Shown: positions 50,041 to 63,039 of the stretch, in pieces
Layout of the letters: every line of letters begins with the position of its first letter
Position numbering within the stretch: the first letter of the stretch is position 1
Source: Gracilinanus agilis
Taxonomy: Eukaryota
Length of the DNA stretch: 64,000 nucleotides
Direction: 5' to 3'
Assembly: GCF_016433145.1 (NCBI RefSeq)
Contig: NC_058135.1
Coordinates: 267,492,781-267,556,780, forward strand
Translations under genes and position numbers: made by a program
The notes under the pieces: generated by a model
Told to the model about the DNA's origin: nothing
Seen by the model: the letters and a program-made list of their open reading frames with translations, nothing else
Database searches by the model: none

Positions 50041-51399
50041 CCCAACTAGCCCTCCAGCCAGGACACCTTATCATCTTTTAGCCCCCACAACCTCATTTTT
50101 CCCTACCTAGATGAGCACTCTCTATGACAGGTCTGGAACTCCACAACTCCAAAATCCATGCCCCCAGCCCCTGGGACAGTTAATCCATTTGTCTTTGGGG
50201 CTCCTCCTCTGGGGGCCAGCTGTCTTGATTAAATAATGAATGAGTGGCTCCTTTGGTCTTCTGCTCTTCCTAGCTGAATCCAGACACCAAACCTTGCTTT
50301 TCCTTCACCTTCCATCCAGATGTCCATCTAGGCCATTTTCCCATTCCTCTTCCCTTCTCTACTTTTTGCTCAGAGCAAAATCAACAGTAACAAATAGAAA
50401 GGTTATGCCAGTTGACTGGTTTATATATCAACCCAACATCCCTTTGGCTTCTGAGACCAAAATTGCCTTGTCTAGCCACCATTTTCCTAAATGGACTTTT
50501 TCTCCTTTAGAATGCAAGCTTCTAACTAAGGTCAGGATCTGGAACTCTCTTTGTATATGTATCCTCAGTGCTTAGCACAATGCCTAGAACATGTTAAAGA
50601 CTTGATAAATGCAGCATATCCCAAGGAGACTACTAATAACAAGAAAGGACCCAGGTGTGCACAAGTGTTCATCACATCATTATTTGTGGCAACAAAGATC
50701 AAGAAATATGTGCCCAACAATTGGAGAATGGCTGAACAAATTATAGTGGACTTAATGGAATTATAGTGGTACTTAATGGAAACTCAATGTCTAGAGAGGA
50801 AAGAATTAGGCCATGACATGAGGAAATACCAAGTGGGAGACTTACAATGTGCAAAACGGTTTCATCCCTAGAAAGATGATATATGGCAACCACTCGGTGC
50901 TTCCTTGCATCATGGCCTAAATCCATACATCTGTAGACATTGAGTTTCCATTAAATATCCTCTTGACCACTTACGATCATAATGTAGAGCGAAGGGATCA
51001 TGAAAGTCATCTAGCCCACCCATTTTGTTTGACAGTTGAGGAAACTGAAGCCCAGATAGGTAAACTGGGATGGGGCAGCTAGGTGGCTAAACTGTGTGAT
51101 CCTGGGCAAGTCACTTAATACCCACTGCCTAGATTTTACCACTCTTCTGCCTTGGAACTGATACTTGTATTGATTCTAAGACAGAAGATAAGGGGAGAGA
51201 GAGACAGAGAAAGATAGAGACAGAGGCAGAGGCAGAGAAAATGAGAGAGAGAGAGAGAGTGAGAGAAAGAGAGGGGGGGGAGATCTGCTGANNNNNNNNN
51301 NNNNNNNNNNNNNNNNNNNNNNNNNNNNNNNNNNNNNNNNNNNNNNNNNNNNNNNNNNNNNNNNNNNNNNNNNNNNNNNNNNNNNNNNNNNNNNNNNNN

Positions 51400-51492
51400 G
51401 ATATAGATATAGATATAGATATAGATATAGATATAGATATAGATATAGATATAGATATAGATGTAGATGTAGATGTAGATGTAGATATAGAT
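51400..51492. repeat. (GATATA)n/(GATGTA)n hexanucleotide microsatellite next to an N-gap; (GA)n at ~51195-51280
   Basis: Directly visible. Confidence 0.97.
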
Positions 51493-51777
51493 AGCTGTTC
51501 TCATGTTGTAACCCCCAGTAGAGGGCAGTGACTTCTTTTGGCCTTTCTTTGTACTCCCAGCAGTTAGCATGGTAAGGAGGTAGGCAAAGAAGTGGATAGG
51601 GCATGGAGTCAGGAAGATTCATCTTCCTGAGTTCAAATCTAGCCTCAGACACTTACTAGCTGCGTGAACCTGGACAAGTCACTTAACCCTACTTGCCTCC
51701 ATTTCCTAATCTGTAAAATGAGCTGGAGAAGGAAATTGCAAACCACTCCAGTATCTCTGTCAAGAAATCCCCAAATG

Positions 51778-52026
51778 GGATGTAGACACTAAACGATAAC
51801 TCTAGTCCAACTATCAATAATATGGAAATAGGTCCTAATCAATGATACATGTAAAACCCAGTGGAATTGTGCATTGGCTAAGGGGGACTAACAGGGATTG
51901 GGGAGAGGGAAAGAACATGAAACATGTAACTATGGGAAAATATTCAAAATAGAAAATAAGAAAATATCATGCAATAAAAAATAAGAAAAAGATAAAATAA
52001 ATTTAAAATTTTTTTAAATTTTAAAA
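51778..52026 (+). mobile_element. L1 3' end inserted into a MAR1 SINE (~51575-52065), 16-bp TSD
   Basis: TSD AAGAAATCCCCAAATG at 51762-51777 and 52027-52042. The MAR1 tail resumes afterwards. Confidence 0.88.
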
Positions 52027-52065
52027 AAGAAATCCCCAAATGTATTCTCAAAGAGTCAGGTCCAA

Positions 52066-52844
52066 CTATAAGGATGATATTAGAAAATAAGTATTGTTTT
52101 ATTAGTTTAGAGATAAGAAGTAGAGAAACTGGCTTGAGAAAGAATTGGAGTTTCATATAGAGCTGAGAGAGAGTGTTAATTTCAACTGTTGGCAGTTATA
52201 ACCATTATTCTATGACAGTTACACTCTCTGGGTGTGGCATTCTGACAGTTGGCTTCTGGCAGTTGACAGAGCCACATGCAACTTTTTTCTCTCGCAGGGC
52301 TGGAGAAGGTAACATCTTTGTCTCTCTCTATCCCTGTCTGAGTGAAAATCTTGAAGGAGTGGAGTGTTTTCTTTTCCAGCTTGGGAAACACTATTCATTT
52401 ATCTGTTACTGTGTATAGATTGTTTAAACTCTGAAAAGACCAAAGAAAACCTGGTCATTGGTTTGGACTCTGAGTCTGTTAAGGCTCAGAGTCCTAACTT
52501 GATTCTTGTGGAGACTCAACCAGCTAGCCTTGGTTATCTTTATAACTTAAAGGCGAAGTTAAGAGTTAGAGTGGTTAGGTTTATTTAGAATAGTATAAAT
52601 TTGGTTAGTTAGATCAGGGAGGATTACCGTAGCCTATGAACCACAGGAGAAATGGTTCCTTGCGGGACCTGGAAGTTTATTTGGATGGAGTTAGAATTAG
52701 AGATCCTTTTTCCCTTTTATATATTTAAATAAATAGTTTGTTTTTCATAAACAAGAGTCTCTTTAGCGTTCCTTGCACCTGGCCCTGAAGGGAAGTTCAT
52801 CTTTGAGCTTCTCTTCATTTACCACTGAAAATACTTTGATAACA
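52066..52844 (+). mobile_element. Probable solo LTR
   Basis: LTR-like composition, AATAAA at ~52728, ends TGATAACA. The left boundary and TSD are not resolved. Confidence 0.5.
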
Positions 52845-53070
52845 TCTATCAAAAGTATCTAGAAACAATTTTGAAACTTTATTTTCTAGTTCTTTGTCCT
52901 TTATTTGGGTGCATGCCTTATTATTATTTTTACAGATCCAATTGAATAACTAGCATGGTGGTTAATAGTAAATATATGGTAAAAATATGGTAGTAAATAG
53001 TAAATACTTAATAAATACTTTATTGACTTGACATGTAAGTGTAATGACCATCAAGAAAATAGCCATTCCA

Positions 53071-53270
53071 GGGGCAGCTAGGTGATTCAGTGAATTGAGA
53101 GCCAGGCCCAGAGATGGGAGGTCCTGGGTTCAAATCTGACCTCAGACACTTCCTAGTTATGTGACCTTGGGCAAGTCACTTAACCCCCATTGCCTAACCC
53201 TTACCACTCCTCTGCCTTGGAACCAATACACAGTATTGATTCCAAGATGGAAGGTAAGGGTTTTGAAAAA
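53071..53270 (+). mobile_element. SINE1_Mdo-type SINE with near-perfect TSD
   Basis: AAGAAAA(T/G)AGCCATTCC on both sides. Confidence 0.9.
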
Positions 53271-55629
53271 GAAAAAAAAAGAAAAAAGAAAAGAGCCATT
53301 CCCTTTCCATTGGATCTCATGCAACCCTCCCCTCTATTAAATCCTACCCTTCCTATACAATCCTTGTGGCTCACAGTGCCACTGAAGTGCCAAGTCTGGG
53401 TAGCCTCTCAGGGCACAGGGTTCTCTGCTATTCTTTCCAGTACTAACAAGGGCACTGTAAAATGTGTGAAGGGAAGTAATGTGAATCAAGGTCTGCCTGG
53501 AAACAGAACGTAAAGGGCTTTAAATGCCAGAGGATTTAGTCATTTATCTTAGAGGCAATAGGAGCTTCCTGCGCAGGGGAGTGGCATGACCAGACCTGGC
53601 TTTAGGAATAGTAATTAGGTGGCTCAGTGAGAGATGAGCTGCCCCTAATTGACCAGTGGGCCAAGCTGCTCATTCAACAACCCTCACCACTTGGGGTCTC
53701 TTCCTCCTCACCCTAACAACTCACATCTCCCCCAGTCCATCACTTCTGCTTCCTTTGTTTCTTGTGAGTGATCAAAGTGAGTTATTCAGCAGAAAGCCAG
53801 GGTAAAGTCTGAGGCTGGCTCTAATCAAGAGCTTTAGTTGGACAGACAGCATTTTATGGAAGAGCTCACCTTGGGATTTTTAGTTCCTTTAGCAGTAGAC
53901 TGGCTCTGGTTTCTCCTGGATGGAAATCCTTTCAGGACCAGTCAGTATTGGAAGAGAGAAGTCTGGTAGGACCTTAAAGGTAACCTAGTCCAAGTCCCTC
54001 ATTTTTACAGTTAAGGAAACTGAGGCCAGGAAAAGGGGAATCCAGGTCTCCCAAGTATTACATGCCAAACCCTGGATTTGAACCCAGGTCCCCTGCCTCC
54101 CAGACCACATTTTGACCTGCAGCTGAAACAGGGATTTAAGATTTCCCCCTCCCAACATTCACCTGATGCTTTGCTGTCTTTTCCATCAGAATGAATTGTC
54201 TTTCCCTCCTCTAAATATTTTAAACATTAAAAAGAAAAGACAGATCCTGAAATCCAAACACACTAAAAAAAAACAAAGATATCAGGAAAAATAACAAGAG
54301 ATAAAAGCTCTCAATCCAAGTTGAGCTCTCCTTGCCACAGCCAAGAACCTGCTCTGACGTCCTTGGGCTCCCCAGAGGGATTAACCCTCTGCTGTCTGAA
54401 GAGAGCTGAGTCCTTCTCACTCCCTCTTTCTGCTCTTTTCTCTTTCCCTCTCCCCTTTGCCACCTTCTCCTCCCTCTCTATTGGAAGGGGGGTAGAGGGA
54501 GGTGGAAGGGGGCACTGCTTGTCTCCAGTCAGGCTATAGATAGATGAATCTAATTCCCAATTTTTGCCAAATCCTCACAAACATATCCCCACCCCCTCCT
54601 AACCCTTTTGTCTGAGATCTTCCTTCTTCCACCAGAGTCAAAGGAATTTCCCTGTTGAATCTGAACCACAAAACAAGCAGCTCGAGACAGATGTGGGGGT
54701 GTGGGGGCAGGAATCAGGGCTACCTGTATATTTCTCACCAGCTTTTTGCCTTTCCTCTAAAGGGGAGCAGAAACTGGGATCTCTTCCCCCAAACCCCACC
54801 CATCCCTGCATCAGCAATGACTTGACAATGTTTTCTATTTTACAGGAATAAAGCATTAGGTAAGGGGCTCCCGCTGGTTTGATACAGAACCCCTCATGTA
54901 CCCTAAGAGCCTCAGAAGTAAATCAGATGAGGAAAGGGGAACAGAAAAAAATGTATTTAGAGCCCCACATTCTGGTGTTCAGCCCGGGTCTACACCAGCA
55001 TTCTCAGAAGCCTAGAATTTTCACCAGCCCTTGGAGCTGTTGTGTATGTTTTGTTTTTAGGTGTTTGTTGTTGGGTTTTTTTTCCATTCCAAGCTTTGCA
55101 CTGATGAGGCATCTGGAATGAGGTTTCCCAACTCCTTCATGAGGATATATTGGTGCAGGGGCTCCTGCAATCATGCATCAACGCTGGGCTGGGCTTCATG
55201 CAGAAATCCCTAGTAGGGAGCCAGCCATTCAGGGTCTCCCTGCAGTGCTGAGACTAGGCATTCAGGGGAAGGGGCAAATTCAGCTGAGGGCATGCATGGC
55301 ATCGGGAGTGAGGGATATGGAGACAGATGTCAGCTGATTACACCTAGCACACTCCCCACCCCAACTTTACCTATAAATTCATTGAGGTATTCTGGGAATT
55401 CTGGTGAAGAAAATCTACCAATGCAGGTTTGCACCTTTTTTTGCATTTTGATAGTCTTGGGGAGTTGCCCAAAACCCCAAGTGGTTAAACAACTTTGATC
55501 CCAGGAATTCTTGATTTCCAGACGTCCACTGAACCATCCCACTAGGTCAACTGGTCATCAATAAATGCTGAATGAGTGACTGCTTGGATGGATAGATGGA
55601 TGCTATCCTGAGGCCAGAATTTATCCTTT

Positions 55630-56672
55630 TTAATGCTGATGACAGGAATTGCACAGGCATGGTAGACAGTGGCAAGACTGTTCACCTTGTCAAGGAGATA
55701 CGTTCAAATTTTAAATTTGGCATCAGTGGAGATGTGAGCACTCTGCATAGGAAAACATCTATAACAAAGGCTCCACCCACATCACATTGAGGATGAGTGC
55801 TTGAGTACAGATCTGAGCCATAGCATTGGACTTGACCTCCTAAGGGAGCAGACACAGATCTGGGCAAAAGATAAAGATGAAAGTTGATAGCTGTAAATAA
55901 GAGGGAGGTTATAAGTAGCAAATGTGGATCCCTGTGGGCAAAAGCACCACATCCAAAGAGAGTCAAGGCAGTAGGTGAGGGTGGTGAAAGATCACAGCTG
56001 TTCACTAAAGAGTAGTTCACGGAATCCTGCTGGTTGACCTGTTTGGCAGAGATTTCATATCCTAAGAGAGCCCAGCATCTAAACAACCTGCAGTGCCCAG
56101 TCCAGCAACAGCTGAGCTGCTATGAGAGCCCACTGGGATCCTAGTGCTGTCACCAAGAGCTCTATTTGATCCAACCTAACAGCAGGGTGACCCATCAAAC
56201 CCAGGTATTGTGCCCTGTGAGGAGTCAGCCCACATTGAGCAGTAGAATGAATGACTTGCCATCACCATTACCACATCTTTTGTGAGAATCCTCTGGAGAA
56301 AGAAAAGACATTGAGAAAATGAAAGAAAAGACATAGTTCTAGAGTTATAAGTTACTTTGGTTTTGTATGTTCTCTAAATTTAACTTTGAGCTTACTATTT
56401 CTCTTAAGGATTTTGTGAGTATTTGTGGGAGAGGGCACCCCAGATTTTGGGGGGGGAAATGCTTTTTAACTACCATTGTTATTAAAGAACTAAGTCTAGT
56501 GGCTGACTGTTAAGAGGAAACACACTAGTAGGGGCTCATGAGCTACAGAGTAGAAGAATAGCCAAATACAGGATTATCCCCTAAAACCGTGTGAGTAATG
56601 ACAACCCACTTTGAGAGAACCAATCTGCCTATGCCAGCTCAGATTGGAGTGAGTCCAAAAAGAATGTTACAC
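55630..56672 (+). mobile_element. Possible long solo LTR
   Basis: Ends ...GAATGTTACA with ATTAAA about 190 bp upstream. Start and TSD were not found. Confidence 0.35.
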
Positions 56673-57548
56673 TTGTAAAGCGCAAAGCCACATTTCTGGG
56701 TCACTACGAATAAGGAAACTGAGTCTCAGAGAGATTAAAGAACTTGTCAAAGTTCACTCAGTTAGTAACAAACCAAAGATTTAAACCCAAGTATTCTGAC
56801 TTAAAATCCATTCTACAAGACTCTGCAGGGAAACTTTAGCCTGGCACAGAACAAATCAAGATCAGCTGGAGAACAGAAGAAGACTAAGCAGGGAGGCAAA
56901 TCACTGGCAAAATACTTAGAATCATGGAATACTAATCTATCTGGTCCAGCTTTCTGATCTGGCAAATGAAGACAGTGAAGGAAATAAAGTTACTTTCCCA
57001 AGATCCAACAGCTTAGCAAGACTTCTTCCACAAATGTCTCTCACATAGTAGGCTCTTGGGGGACTAGTTAAGCCAGATTATTGGCAAATAATGTGAATGT
57101 ATGTGATTCTAGGCATGTTGTATGTCTGTGACAATGTGATCATGTAGTACCAAAACCCCTTTAAGTTTGTCAACCGATTAATGAATGAATACTAAGTTCA
57201 TTCAGAGGGCAAACAGTATGAGAGATACAGAAACAGAGAAAAACAGCCTTGCCTTCAGAGAGTTTGGAATCTAGGAGGGGAGGCAATACATGCAAATGCA
57301 AATGAGAATAAATTATTTAAATAAGACAACAATTTGTCGTTGTTGTCTAGGGCTGTCATCCTCCTCTACCAATGAAGCACTACTTCATCCACAACTCATG
57401 GTCTATTTACAGTCAACTAATTAGCAAATTCAATCTGGATCTTCTTGACTCTGAGGTGGACTCTCTATCCAATATGCCATAAAGCCTCTCAAGGAAATGC
57501 AAAAAAAGCAAAACAAAACAAAACATTTTCATTGAATTCTTGGATCCG

Positions 57549-57560
57549 GCCGCCATCTTG
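57549..57560. promoter_or_regulatory. YY1-type motif GCCGCCATCTTG in a small CpG-retaining patch
   Basis: Matches the extended YY1 consensus GCCGCCATnTTG. Four CpGs within ~40 bp in CpG-poor surroundings. Confidence 0.4.
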
Positions 57561-60500
57561 GCTTTTGGCCGGTTGGTTGTGATTCGCCCAGCACTTTCTG
57601 CTATAATGAGAAGAGCTCTAACTTTTTTTTGAAGCAGAAAGCCTGGTTTTTAATCTTGGCTCTACCACTGGTGTGACCTTAGTTAAATCACTTCCCCTCA
57701 CTGGGCCTCAGTTTCTTCATTTGAAAAGTAAGGGCTTTGGACTGAATGGTCTCTAACTTTCCTTCTGTCTCTAATCCTATGCCAGGCATCCATAGCAAGA
57801 CAAGAAGGTAATCTTGAATGAATGACAAATTCCTCTTTTCACTGTCTCATTGACATCCTTCAGAGGCTTAATCACAGGACTCTTTCTGATTGCTAGGAGA
57901 CATCCCACTAAAATGTGTTCCGTCCCATGAAAGCAGGCTCAGATCCTATCCTAAGGCCCTCAGAGGTCATATGGTCCAGGCTTTTGCCACTGTCCCACCC
58001 CTGCCCCCAACCCAAATTCTCCAAGACATCTAACCACCAAGTCTATTCTTAATGGCCTTCAAGTATAGAGATTTCACATTAACCTATTTTTAAGGGATAA
58101 AGATGGGGTCTCAACTGGGGATTGCATTAGTATAAGGAACTCCTGGTTGAATAAATTCCCTTTATCAATTCAGGTCAGCATCTTCTCTTCACCTTAACAG
58201 AAAGGTACCTAGAGCTCTAAAAGATCAAACGACTTGGCCAAGGTCACATGGCAGAATTTAATTCCAAGTCTTCCTGATTTCAAAGGCAGCTCCTTAACCA
58301 CTAGGCAATGCTTCCTCTAAATTTATTTATTGGGGAGCATCAAGGTAGCTCAGTGGATTGAGAGCCAGGTCCAGATACAGGAGAACTTAGGTTCAAATCT
58401 GGCCTCAGACACTTCCTAAATAAATAAAATGGAATAAAAAACAAATAAGCTGATTTATTAGGGTTTTGTAGTCCCTTTCCCTCAAAGATGTCCTGCTTAA
58501 TGTAATTGATGAATTGTCCTGAAGCAGTGGCATTATTTGAATGCATACTGTGTGCTTCCACTGGACTGGAACAACTACTACATTTTATTTCATTTTTTAA
58601 AACCCTTACCTTCTGTCTTGGAATAAATACTAAGCATTGGTTCCAAGGTAGAAGAGTGGTAAGGGCTAGGCAATTGGGCTTGAGTGACTTGCCCAGGGTC
58701 ACACAGCTAGAAAGTGTCTAAACCTAGATTTGAACCCAGGACTTTCTGTCTCCAGACCCAGCTCTCAAATCACTGAGCCACCTAGCTGCCTCCTACTAGT
58801 ATATTTTACATCATTTTTTTCATTTTAAATAGTTTAATTCTGAACACATACAATCACTTCCAGGAATTCCTTACTCCCATCAATCAGAACCTGACTGTTA
58901 TGTATATCAGCTTTGCATTATCTTCAAATGTGTGTCGGATTCAATCATCCTCTGCCTTTATTCAAGTTGATAAAAACAACTCTTTGAGAGTGAAGGTCGT
59001 TTCCTGATTCTCTTGTTACTAGCAGCACAGAGTATAGTGCTTGACACTTAGTAGGTGCTTTTATAAATACTTATCAAATTCTTCCATTCATTGACTTGAT
59101 GGTCTTAAGAGTAAGTGGGGCCAAAAAAATCCATCACTTGATCCTCAAATGTTCCACCATCACTAGACTTGCACTCAACGAATGTAGCCTTTGAGAATCC
59201 AGAGTTATCTTGGCACCATTAAAAGGCATAAGGAGAATCATAGTAGGGATGAGTGATGCAAAGGAGTATAAAGCTGACCCCTACACTCCAAAAACTTAAA
59301 AACTAGCTGGAAAAGATAAATATGAGATGCCATTTTTAAAAAAAGTATAAAGGACTGGAACTCTTGGGAACCTGAGTTTATTCTTGCTCTCCCCTCAATT
59401 AACAGTGTGTCCTTGGGCTAGTTGTTTCCCTTTTCTAGGACTTAATTCTCTTTCTATAAAATCAACTAGATGAGCCTTAAGGCCCCTTTCCAGTTCTGTG
59501 TTCCTAATACATGTGTTCACAGCAGAGTCGTTCAGGAAATCAGAAAGTCAGTCTACAGGTATTGATTATTGATTTGTCCCATCCTCCCATCCTTACAATT
59601 AAGCACTTACTTTTGTTGTCCATTGGTGTTCAACTGTGACCCCATTTGGGTTTTTCCTTGCAGAGATATTGGAGTGGTTTGCATTTCCCTCTGCAAGTCA
59701 TTTTGTAGATGAGGAACCTGAGGCAAATAGGGTGAAATGACTTGTCTAAGGTCACACTTCATGTAAATGTCTGAGGTCAGATTGAATTCAGAGGGGGGGG
59801 GGATTCAAACCAGGGCAAAACCAGAGTCCTTGCCTTCAAGCAGGAAACTTTCTCATGGGGGTAGACAACTTGCATATAAATAGACAACTTGCAAATAAAT
59901 AGAAGGCAATTTCCTAGGGAAATCACTGTGGTAAGAGTAGAGGAGGCAGCGAAAAGATTAATATGGTGCTGGACATCACAGAAATTCAGAACTCAAAAAG
60001 TTCACAAAATCATGCAGTCTAAATCCCTCATTTTACAGATGAGGAAACTGAGATCTAAGGAAGTGGTGTGACTTGTTCAAGACGAGTGGCAGCACTGGGA
60101 GGAGAACAGAGCTCTCTTCATTTCTGGTCCAGTATCTTTCCACTCTCCTAAAAACCTCAGGGAAGAAGAGGGACTTGGGCTGGGCTTCTGAAGTCAACAG
60201 ATCCATCCATTAAAAAAAAACAACTGGTAAGCCTGTGAAGAGTCTGGAGGAAACATAGCAGGCCAAGGAAACATACATGGGCTGCTCCATTGTCTCAAGC
60301 CTCTTTGCAAAGCTGATTTAAAGTCCCTCCCTGGAGCCACACTTAATGATTGGCACAGCTGTTACTGAAAGGTAAAAGTCGTGACTCTCAGCTCAGAGCT
60401 CACGCCTGCTGTTTCTCTCTCTTCACAGAATCTCAAAGCTGAAAGGCACCTCAAAGGACCCCGAGTCCAACTTGTACCTGAACAATTATCCTTTCTACAA

Positions 60501-60730
60501 TATCACTTAGTTAACGAGCATTTACTAAGGGACTACTATTTACTTATTCTGTGCTATTCCAATCCAGTTCCCAAAGGGGAATTTCATAGAGCTAGAAAAA
60601 AATAAATAAAATTCAACTGGAAGAACAAAAGATCCAGAATTCCTTCAGAAATCATGAAAGGAGAACAAACGCTACGAGATCTCGAGCTATCCTACCAAGC
60701 AGTAATCATTAAAACTATTTGAATGGATGA

Positions 60731-62130
60731 TCAATCAATCAACACTTATTAAGTGCCTACTATGTGCCAGGCACTGTGCTACATTCTGGGAATACAGAGG
60801 AAAGTAAAAGACAGTCCCTGCCCTCAGGGAGCTTACACTCTATTGGGGGAGACAACATGGAAGTCTATACTGAGCAATCTACATACAGGATAAATAACAA
60901 ATAACTAAGGGAAGAAACTGGAATTAAGAGGGGTCTGAGGAAGGCTACCTGTAGAAGGTGGGATTTTTAGTTGGGACTTAAAAGAATTCAGGGAGGTCAG
61001 TGTTCAGAGGAGAAGAGAGAAAATGTTCTAGGCATGGGGGACAGCCAGAAAGAATGCCTGGAGCTGATAAATAGAGAATCTTCTTCATGGACCTACCAAG
61101 GAAGCCAATGTCACCGTATGGAAGAGACAGGATCGAGCCAGGCTGTGAAGGGTTTTCCATGCCAAACAGGGGTTTGTATTTGATCCTAGAGGCAACAGGG
61201 AGCCACTGGGGTAGCTTGAGCAGGGCTGAAATGGTCAGACCACTTTGGCAGTTTTATGGAAGACGAAGGGAAATCAATTAAGAAGTTATTGCAATAATCT
61301 GACTGAGAGGTGATGACAATTTAAATGAGCGTGTCTGTAGATTGGAGAGAGGAGAATGGGCAAAAGAAGTCATGTGAAATACATGGATGAGAGTAGATCA
61401 TTGTTTGGATGTGAAATGAAAGAGTGAATGGGTTGAGGATGACTTTGAGGTTGTACACTTGGGTGACTGGGATCATGGTAGTTCCCTCAATCGAAATAGG
61501 GAAGTTAGGTTTAGGGGTGGGTTTGGGGAAAAGAAAACAAGCTCTCTTTGAGACCTGTTGACTTTGAGATGTCTAAGATATCCATTTGGCAGTAGGCAGT
61601 AATGTGAAACTGAAGCTTAGGAGAAGAACTATGATGGGATATATGGGGTGTCCCCAAAGTCTTAATACAGTCTTCAGCTCTCTAAAACCACATTAAGACT
61701 TTGGTGATACCCTGTATATACCTTCAAGCCATTTGCATAGAGATAATTGTACCCATAGGAGCTGATNNNNNNNNNNNNNNNNNNNNNNNNNNNNNNNNNN
61801 NNNNNNNNNNNNNNNNNNNNNNNNNNNNNNNNNNNNNNNNNNNNNNNNNNNNNNNNNNNNNNNNNNNNNNNNNNNNNNNNNNNNNNNNNNNNNNNNNNNN
61901 NNNNNGGAACATTCACAATTAGAGGGAATGACATGAAGGATGATCCAGCAAAGGAGACTGAGAAGAAGAGCAGTCATAGGAGATCAAGAAGCAAATATTG
62001 TCATGAAGACCCAAAAATATAATGTGGTTAACAGTGTCAAATGTAGCAGAGAGGTCAAGAAGCACGGGAACTGGGAAAAGACCATTAGATATAACAAAGA
62101 AGAAACAGATCACTAGTAACCTTAAAGGCA
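60731..62130 (-). mobile_element. L2 LINE (3' end at 60731, RT remnant near 62000-62100)
   Basis: tcaatcaatcaacacttattaagtgcctactatgtgccagg is the reverse-complemented L2 tail. The minus ORF contains VLLDLSATFDTVNH (RT motif). Confidence 0.8.
61644..61714. mobile_element. 71-bp Tc1/mariner-type MITE with TA TSD, inserted in L2
   Basis: TA at 61642-61643 and 61715-61716. TIRs tggggtgtccccaaagtcttaat vs cagggtatcaccaaagtcttaat (19/23 match). Confidence 0.75.
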
Positions 62131-62628
62131 ACTAGGTGATGAAGTAAATAGACTTGCCATGCCTGAAGTCAGGAAGACTCATCTTCCTAAATTCAAATCT
62201 GACTTAAGACACTTGTGTTAGCTGAGTGATCCTGGACAAGTCATTTAAATTTGCCTCAGTTTCCTCATCTGTTAAATGAGTTGGAGTAGGAAATGGCAAA
62301 CTACTCCAGTATCTTTCCCAGGAAAACCCCAAATGAGGTCACAAAGAGTCAGACAGGATTGAAACAAATGAACAAGAGGAATCTTGGTGAAAGAGATTCA
62401 GCTGAGTGATGAGGTCAGAAGTCAAATGGCAAAAGATTAGGAAGTAAGAGAACAGGATAGAGAAGCCCTGAGTGTGAACATACCCAACAAGTGGTCAACA
62501 TCCTACTAAGATGGGTCCTGTGGAGAAGGAGCCAGCCATTTCCACCAGCTGCCAATCATTAGCTATTCAGGGTGGATGAGTTAATCTCAGTGAAACAAGC
62601 CATCCTGAGAATGAGACAAGGAGACATC

Positions 62629-63035
62629 ATGGGGCAGGCATGTTAAACCACCATCACCACTCCAACTCTAATGGGACAGCCTAGGACCCTGAATCCAAGA
62701 GCCATGGAAATAGATATACTTCCACCCCAGAATCCACAGTTATCCTCCTGAGGAAAAAACCTNNNNNNNNNNNNNNNNNNNNNNNNNNNNNNNNNNNNNN
62801 NNNNNNNNNNNNNNNNNNNNNNNNNNNNNNNNNNNNNNNNNNNNNNNNNNNNNNNNNNNNNNNNNNNNNNNNNNNNNNNNNNNNNNNNNNNNNNNNNNNN
62901 NNNNNNNNNNNNNNNNNCTACAGGAGTTATAGCCACGGTGAAAAGAATGTTCTTATCACCAATATCCTTGGCACTGTCAAATGGTTCAACATCAAAAATT
63001 GATATTTTATTAGTGGAAAGGCTATAAAAGAAGAG
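62629..63035 (+). pseudogene. Decayed processed pseudogene of a Y-box cold-shock protein, most like YBX3 (CSDA); 5' part only
   Basis: 62940-63035 reads [31 protein letters not shown], vs recalled [33 protein letters not shown]. Upstream MGQAC*TTITT and (shifted frame) DPESKS resemble YBX3 MSEAGEATTTT and DPAPKS. Confidence 0.72.
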
Positions 63036-63039
63036 GCAA

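Noticed and set aside
55273-55283. GGCAAATTCAG (and GTTTAGGGGTGG at 61509-61520) resembling pieces of the recalled human mir-670 hairpin
   Set aside because: The matches are only 11-12 nt. One is on the wrong strand and the other lies inside an L2. There is no hairpin or mature-sequence match.
57420-57560. 47-codon minus-strand ORF starting at the Kozak-like AAGATGGCG
   Set aside because: It runs into a (TTTTG)n tract and SINE-like sequence, with no recognisable protein.
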